Below, in pieces: positions 58,476-64,000 of a stretch of DNA of 64,000 nucleotides. The notes beneath the pieces were generated by a model. It was not told the DNA's origin and ran no database searches. It saw nothing but the letters and a program-made list of their open reading frames with translations. Position numbers and translations under genes: made by a program. How positions within the stretch are numbered: position 1 is the first letter of the stretch; every line of letters begins with the position of its first letter. The stretch is from an uncultured Gammaproteobacteria bacterium (GTDB taxonomy: Bacteria > Patescibacteriota > Microgenomatia > Levybacterales > UBA12049): contig CAYQEE010000003.1 in the NCBI GenBank assembly GCA_964416445.1, positions 1,946-65,945 on the forward strand, read 5' to 3'.

Positions 58476-59432
58476 ATGACACGAGAAGAGATTATCCTTC
58501 ATTACTTTCAAAAAAAAAATATATTAAACACATCGAATCCGTTCTATCAAGTTCATATATCGGAATTATTTAAATGGATGGTAAATGGAGATGATATTAC
58601 TCATGATAAATCGTTACATAATTTGCATCTTCATGGAACAGGTGAAGCAGAAATTATTAGTAAACAAAAAGGATTAATAGCTGGAGTAGAAGAAATTGTA
58701 TATTTACTCTCCCAATTTACTCAGTTAACTATTATTCCAAAAATGCATGACGGAGATGAAGTTGTGCCAGGACAAAAAATCCTAATCATATCCGGTGGAT
58801 ATAATGAAATTATTGCTTATGAGCGTGTTATATTAAATATCCTTGGCAAAATGTCTGGGGTAGCTACTATGACAAACACACTCGTTTCACAGATTGGGAT
58901 CCAACCACCGTTTCTTGCTTCAACTCGTAAAACTCCTTTGATGTTTTTAGATAAAAAGGCAGTAGCAGTTGGTGGAGGAGTTACGCATAGGTTGAACCTT
59001 TCTGATTGGGCAATGATTAAAGATAATCATTTGAAAATATTGCAAAAAGAGACAAATCAAAGTCTGGATAAAGTTATATCGAATGCAATCATGCGAATGC
59101 TTGAAGCCAATGTACCGTTTTTTGAAATCGAGGTAGAATCTTCTGAAGAAGCTGTGTTAACAGCCAAAGCGTTTTTAGAGAAGAAATCAAACCGAAATAT
59201 AAAAACTTGTATAGCTATCCTTTTAGATAACTTTGAACCACTTTCTGCAAACAATGTTATCTTACAAATAAAGAATGTAACAAGAGAACCATTTCAAATA
59301 CTATTTGAAGTTTCGGGAGGTATTACATCAAAAAATCTTTTAGCATGGACAAAGACAGGCACTGATATAATTTCTTTAGGTGCATTAACCCATTCTTCTC
59401 CGACCCTTGATCTCTCTCTTTCGATTATATAA
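58476..59432 (+). CDS. nadC: Nicotinate-nucleotide pyrophosphorylase (carboxylating)
   Basis: STRKTP, HRLNLSD.AMIKDNH, EIEVE, LLDN, EVSGG and GALTHS motifs. Confidence 0.93.
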   Translation: MTREEIILHYFQKKNILNTSNPFYQVHISELFKWMVNGDDITHDKSLHNLHLHGTGEAEIISKQKGLIAGVEEIVYLLSQFTQLTIIPKMHDGDEVVPGQKILIISGGYNEIIAYERVILNILGKMSGVATMTNTLVSQIGIQPPFLASTRKTPLMFLDKKAVAVGGGVTHRLNLSDWAMIKDNHLKILQKETNQSLDKVISNAIMRMLEANVPFFEIEVESSEEAVLTAKAFLEKKSNRNIKTCIAILLDNFEPLSANNVILQIKNVTREPFQILFEVSGGITSKNLLAWTKTGTDIISLGALTHSSPTLDLSLSII

Positions 59433-59506
59433 CAGTAAAAATTAAAATTAAAACGAAAGAGTGCATTGAGGATAAATTTCAGTGTGTGCTACTATATAAG
59501 TTGTAT

Positions 59507-61189
59507 ATGTTACTGCCCGAAGAACAGTTACGAGCTTTGCTATTGCAGAAAAGATTTCTCGATGAAAAGGGATTTTCGGATGTGAGTGCGTATGCAGCAA
59601 ATATAGGAAGCTCACTTGAGGACGCATTAATTGAAAAAGATATTATAACTGATGAAACTTTAGGACAACTGATTGCTGATGCCTTAAATTTCCCTTTTGT
59701 TACTCTTTCAAAGTTAACAATTCCTGAGGATATCTTCCGAATTGTGCCAGAGAGAATTGCAAGAAAGTTTCACACGATTGCTTTTGAAAGATCAAATGAA
59801 GCAATAAAACTTGCAATGGTGGATCCCCGGAATACCGAATTACAAGAAATGCTTGTTCGTAAAACAAACCAAAAAGTAATTCCATATTTAGCTACAGCTC
59901 GTGATATAGAAACGACGTTACAAATTTATCGAAAAGATTTGCAGAAAACATTTGATGAATTATTACAAAAAGAAATAGGGAATTCTGCCCATGTTATTAG
60001 TGATGCTCCCGTTGTAAAAATTGTTGATTTATTGATTACTTATGCTTATCGAGATAAAGCTTCTGATGTTCACATAGAACCGCAAGAAGATAGCTCATTA
60101 GTACGTTTCAGAATTGATGGAATTCTTCATGATGTACTTTTTCTCGACAAACGATTGCACGATAGAATTGTAACTCGTATTAAAGTACTTTCAAGACTCC
60201 GTACTGACGAACACTTAAGCGCTCAAGATGGAAAAATGCAGATGCCACTTGAGGAGGAGAATCTTGATTTACGGGTGTCGATTATACCCATTGCAGAAGG
60301 TGAAAAAGTGGTTTTACGTTTATTGTCTTCTCATTTTAGACAATTCTCTTTACTCGATTTAGGAATGAAAGAAAAAGATTTAAAAAAGGTAAATCAAGCT
60401 ATTACTAAGTCTTATGGAATGATTCTTTCAACAGGACCTACGGGATCAGGTAAAACAACAAGTATTTACGCAATTCTCAAACTTCTGAATACTCGAGAAA
60501 AAAATATTACGACAATTGAAGATCCTATTGAATATCGAATTAAAGGTATCAACCAGATACAAGTAAACCCTAAAACGAATCTTACTTTTGCAAATGGCTT
60601 ACGAAGTATTTTACGACAGGATCCAAATATTGTATTTGTTGGAGAAATTCGTGATAACGAAACTGCAGGAATAGCAGTAAATGCTGCACTGACCGGACAT
60701 TTGGTTGTATCAACTCTTCATACAAATGATGCAGCAACAGTACTTCCTCGTCTTATTGATATGAAAGTGGAACCTTTTTTAGTTGCTTCAACCGTAAACG
60801 TCATTATTGCACAACGTTTAGTTCGAGAAATTTGTGCTTCCTGTAAGGCACCGTTCTCAATGAAACGAAATGAACTTTCCAAAAATCTCCCGGAAGATGT
60901 TATTGCTAAGCATTTTGGAACACAAGAGGATATTGCAATCTATAAGGGCATGGGATGTAAACTATGTCATTTTACTGGCTATATTGGCAGAATTGGCGTA
61001 TTCGAAATTATTGAAGTAACTTCACGAATTAAAAAATTACTATCCGAAAAGAATGATTCTGATGTTTTATTAAAAGAAGCTATTGCAGAAGGAATGACAA
61101 CTATGCTTGAGGATGGTTTAGAAAAAGTAAAAGAAGGGATGACAACCATTGAAGAAGTCCTCCGTGTAACTAAAGTTGAAATGTTATGA
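59507..61189 (+). CDS. pilB: Type IV pilus assembly ATPase (PilB/GspE family)
   Basis: ASDVHIEP, RFRIDG, GPTGSGKTT, TIEDPIE, LRQDPN and TGHLVVSTLHTN motifs. Confidence 0.95.
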   Translation: MLLPEEQLRALLLQKRFLDEKGFSDVSAYAANIGSSLEDALIEKDIITDETLGQLIADALNFPFVTLSKLTIPEDIFRIVPERIARKFHTIAFERSNEAIKLAMVDPRNTELQEMLVRKTNQKVIPYLATARDIETTLQIYRKDLQKTFDELLQKEIGNSAHVISDAPVVKIVDLLITYAYRDKASDVHIEPQEDSSLVRFRIDGILHDVLFLDKRLHDRIVTRIKVLSRLRTDEHLSAQDGKMQMPLEEENLDLRVSIIPIAEGEKVVLRLLSSHFRQFSLLDLGMKEKDLKKVNQAITKSYGMILSTGPTGSGKTTSIYAILKLLNTREKNITTIEDPIEYRIKGINQIQVNPKTNLTFANGLRSILRQDPNIVFVGEIRDNETAGIAVNAALTGHLVVSTLHTNDAATVLPRLIDMKVEPFLVASTVNVIIAQRLVREICASCKAPFSMKRNELSKNLPEDVIAKHFGTQEDIAIYKGMGCKLCHFTGYIGRIGVFEIIEVTSRIKKLLSEKNDSDVLLKEAIAEGMTTMLEDGLEKVKEGMTTIEEVLRVTKVEML

Positions 61190-62241
61190 GTAAAAAACTA
61201 GCGAACATAAGTCTTACTAATAATGAAAAACTCGCTATGATTAGTAATCTCTCAACACTGCTTACAGCGGGTATTCCCATTTTAGAAGCTGTGGAACTTA
61301 TGCTTGAAGATGCAAAAGGTAATCCTAAGCTAGTACTCCAATCACTTTATGAAAGCTTAGTACAAGGGAAGCATATTTATGCAGCTTTATCTGAATTTCC
61401 AAAAAGTTTTGATAAAGTAACAGTGAACCTTCTTAAAGCATCTGAGGAAGCTGGTACACTTGAAACGATTCTAAAAGATCTTAAAGATCAAATAAAAAAA
61501 CAGATGGAATTTAGCGATCGATTACGTTCTGCGTTGATCTATCCTATGTTTATAACTCTTGTTTTTTTTGGAGTTATGCTAATGATACTTATTGTTGTTA
61601 TTCCTAAAATTAATACTGTTTTTTCAAGGTTAAATGTCTCAATTCCAGTTCCAACAAAAATTCTTATTTTTCTATCAAGTATTTTACTTACCTATCCTGT
61701 CTTTGTTACTGCTGGAGCAATTATTTTTATAGGTAGTTGTATATGGATAATAAAAACACAAAAACAATTTATTTATCCAATGCTATTTTCACTTCCTTTA
61801 ATAAGTAACTTAATACAAGAAATAGATCTGACTCGATTTTCCCGAAATCTTTATTTACTCCTGTCTGCTGGGATTACTATTACCAACGCATTAGAGCTAA
61901 CAGAAGAAGTTGTGATGAGAAAAGATGTCGCAAAGGCTATTCGCTATGCAAAGGAAACGGTACTTAATGGAAAAAGCCTTTCTGACGCATTTAAACAAAG
62001 AAAAACAATTTTTACCGGAATTATGATTAAAATAATTGAGGCTGGTGAACGTACCGGTACCCTTGATAAATCAATGTTAGATATCTCAGAATATCTTGAT
62101 TATGAAGTTTCCAATACAGTAAAGACGCTTACTACCGTATTAGAACCAGTGATGTTAATTTTAGTCGGAGTACTTGTTGGAGGCATGATGATGTCTATTA
62201 TTGCTCCAATTTATAGCTTAATAGGCCAAGTAAGTCATTAA
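61186..62241 (+). CDS. pilC: Type IV pilus platform protein (PilC/GspF family)
   Basis: EEAGTLE, ALIYP, GERTGTLD and LEP motifs. Confidence 0.93.
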   Translation: MSKKLANISLTNNEKLAMISNLSTLLTAGIPILEAVELMLEDAKGNPKLVLQSLYESLVQGKHIYAALSEFPKSFDKVTVNLLKASEEAGTLETILKDLKDQIKKQMEFSDRLRSALIYPMFITLVFFGVMLMILIVVIPKINTVFSRLNVSIPVPTKILIFLSSILLTYPVFVTAGAIIFIGSCIWIIKTQKQFIYPMLFSLPLISNLIQEIDLTRFSRNLYLLLSAGITITNALELTEEVVMRKDVAKAIRYAKETVLNGKSLSDAFKQRKTIFTGIMIKIIEAGERTGTLDKSMLDISEYLDYEVSNTVKTLTTVLEPVMLILVGVLVGGMMMSIIAPIYSLIGQVSH

Positions 62242-62244
62242 TCT

Positions 62245-62736
62245 ATGAAAAGAAATGTGCTACAGCAAGGATTTAGCTTTATTGAGGTGGTAATTGTTAT
62301 CAGTCTAATAGTCATGCTACTTGGATTTATTATCATCAATCTTGCTAATATTCAACATAGTTCTTCATTAACTGCAACGATAGCCACAATAATTTCAGAT
62401 ATTAGAAGTCAACAAACTAAAGCTATGATCGGTGCAACCGAGGGAAGAACAGCGGCTGATTCTTATGGAATATATTTTTCTACAAATTCTTATACCTTAT
62501 TTCATGGACTTAGTTACAGGGCAACTGATTCGGCGAACTTAGTTGTTCCTCTTGATTCTAATATACAAATAACTAATATCACATTGCCGAATCAGGATGT
62601 TATTTTTCTGCAACAGAGTGGCGAACTAAGTGGATATATACCAGGTTCAAGTTCAGTAACTGTTTCAGACAATCAGGCAAAAATTCAAAAAGTTATCATA
62701 TTTAATAGATATGGTGCTATTGTCAGTGTACAATAA
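62245..62736 (+). CDS. Pilin-like protein with prepilin cleavage motif
   Basis: QG-FSFIEVVIV class III signal peptide. Confidence 0.9.
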   Translation: MKRNVLQQGFSFIEVVIVISLIVMLLGFIIINLANIQHSSSLTATIATIISDIRSQQTKAMIGATEGRTAADSYGIYFSTNSYTLFHGLSYRATDSANLVVPLDSNIQITNITLPNQDVIFLQQSGELSGYIPGSSSVTVSDNQAKIQKVIIFNRYGAIVSVQ

Positions 62737-62739
62737 AAT

Positions 62740-64000
62740 ATGAAATTACAATTTGGACAATCGCTTATTGAAATTATCTTAACAGTTGCACTCGCAGCAC
62801 TATTACTTCCTGCTTTACTAACTGGTGTTATTGCGTCTCGGAATGGAAAAGTACAACAAGATCAGAGATTACAAGCAGTTGCTTTGTTCAAAGAAGCTGA
62901 GGAAGCAGTAAGATCTGTTCGAGAATTAGGGTGGAATTCCTTTGCAATTGATGGTACATATCACCCTTCTTTAACAGGATCGAATTGGAATTTGGTTTCA
63001 GGGTCTGAAGTTATCAATGGGTTCACTCGTCAAATTATCATCGCTGATGTTTATCGGGATTCGCAAGGCAATATTGTTACTTCTGGAGGAACAAATGATG
63101 CTTCGACGAAAAGCATTACAGTTACTGTTTCTTGGAATGCTCCCCTCTTAACATCAGTAACTGCCACTTCGTATATAAGTAGATATTTAAATAATGCAAC
63201 GACAACCCAAACACTTTATTCAGATTTTAAACCAGGTATTTCAAATGGTACTAGTATTGCGACAACGAGTGGTAGTGGGATTCAAAATGATGGTCAGGTT
63301 CAATTAGCACAAGGTGGATATGGCGATTGGTGTCAACCTCAAAATAATGTACTTTCTGCACTTACTCTTCCTAAGCAAGCAAACACACTTATAGCGACAC
63401 AAGGAGCTGCATTTTTAGGTACTGGTGATGGTACAAATGGAGTCGCGTTTATCAATGTTGGTATTAGTGATCCTCCTTTTCCGGCTACGCCTGCTGCTAC
63501 GGTTCAAGGAACATATTCAAGTGCAGTTCAGACAAACGCGATTTATAGTGATGGAACTTATGCATATCTTGCAACCAATGGAAGCACTGCTCAAGTTACT
63601 ATTTTAGATATTTCTCATAGTCCTTACACAAAAGTTGGTTGGATAGATCTTCCAAGTGGTCAAGCAGCTAATGGGGTATATGTTTTGAACAATATTGCAT
63701 ATATTACGAGTAGTAATACATTATATACCTATAATGTTGCTACGAAAACTGGCGATCATTCTACTCCCCTCACCTCAATTGCTATGTGGATTGGCATCGG
63801 ATCAACTCCATTGGCGAAACAAGTTTTTGTTATTGGAACTCATGTGTATGTTGGAACTGCAAATACACTTTTTGGTTTACAAGTTTTTAAAGTATCTAAT
63901 AATGGCTCAACATTACAATTAGTAGGTGTATCAAATCTTACTTGGCAACAAGCATCGCAAGGTTTATTTGTGAACCCAGCAGGGACTCGTGCATATATAG
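62740..64000 (+). CDS. Large pilin-like protein with LVIVD-like beta-propeller repeats; 3' truncated
   Basis: MKLQFG-QSLIEIILTVALAALLLP; frame open to window end; NAIYSDGTYAYLAT...VTILDIS-type repeats. Confidence 0.85.
   Translation, partial: MKLQFGQSLIEIILTVALAALLLPALLTGVIASRNGKVQQDQRLQAVALFKEAEEAVRSVRELGWNSFAIDGTYHPSLTGSNWNLVSGSEVINGFTRQIIIADVYRDSQGNIVTSGGTNDASTKSITVTVSWNAPLLTSVTATSYISRYLNNATTTQTLYSDFKPGISNGTSIATTSGSGIQNDGQVQLAQGGYGDWCQPQNNVLSALTLPKQANTLIATQGAAFLGTGDGTNGVAFINVGISDPPFPATPAATVQGTYSSAVQTNAIYSDGTYAYLATNGSTAQVTILDISHSPYTKVGWIDLPSGQAANGVYVLNNIAYITSSNTLYTYNVATKTGDHSTPLTSIAMWIGIGSTPLAKQVFVIGTHVYVGTANTLFGLQVFKVSNNGSTLQLVGVSNLTWQQASQGLFVNPAGTRAYI

Noticed and set aside
2446-63922. 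Numerous short ORFs overlapping longer genes (e.g. 2446-2712, 12672-13100, 36478-36888, 55315-55674, 63425-63607)
   Set aside because: Shadow or alternate-frame ORFs of well-supported genes with no recognisable motifs
1-64000. CRISPR array, transposase, integrase or prophage
   Set aside because: No regularly spaced repeats and no recombinase or phage structural motifs seen; all repeats found are inside coding sequences or are short operators
1-64000. Alternative genetic code (TGA read as Gly or Trp)
   Set aside because: Conserved genes are full length under code 11 and several end in TGA at expected positions (dacA, hemC, pabB)

Overview
AT-rich bacterial chromosomal window using genetic code 11 (TGA serves as stop). 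Gene content suggests a Patescibacteria/CPR organism, probably Microgenomates-like (inference): Lys-rich N-anchored, Pro/Thr-rich surface proteins, GT-C glycosyltransferases, type IV pilus genes, few Shine-Dalgarno sites and many apparently leaderless genes. In order it holds the 3' end of rarA, a class F sortase with a small candidate substrate, a pyk-eno-apgM glycolysis operon opposite a SemiSWEET, a collapsed P-type ATPase remnant, obgE and dacA. Next come a PurD-like ATP-grasp ligase coupled to an HExxE metallohydrolase, a stand-alone sigma70 region-4 protein, a Fur/Zur-controlled zinc cluster with four TGCAA-N5-TTGCA boxes, and several modular surface proteins (two share an unrecognised C-terminal domain; three GH5-like modules, one protein with a dockerin-like tail). 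Four tRNAs (Leu, Pro, Gly, Arg) are interspersed. The window ends with a ~14 kb cofactor block (pabBC, hemBCDEHQ, msrBA, nadBAC with an NrtR-type palindrome) and the start of a type IV pilus operon. No CRISPR array, transposase or integrase was seen. Best novelty candidates: the ATP-grasp/HExxE pair, the shared C-terminal domain of two surface proteins, the sortase F mini-substrate, heme/NAD synthesis in a probable CPR cell, and a tRNA-3'-end-like element with a structured insert. All calls come from reading motifs by eye; no searches were run.
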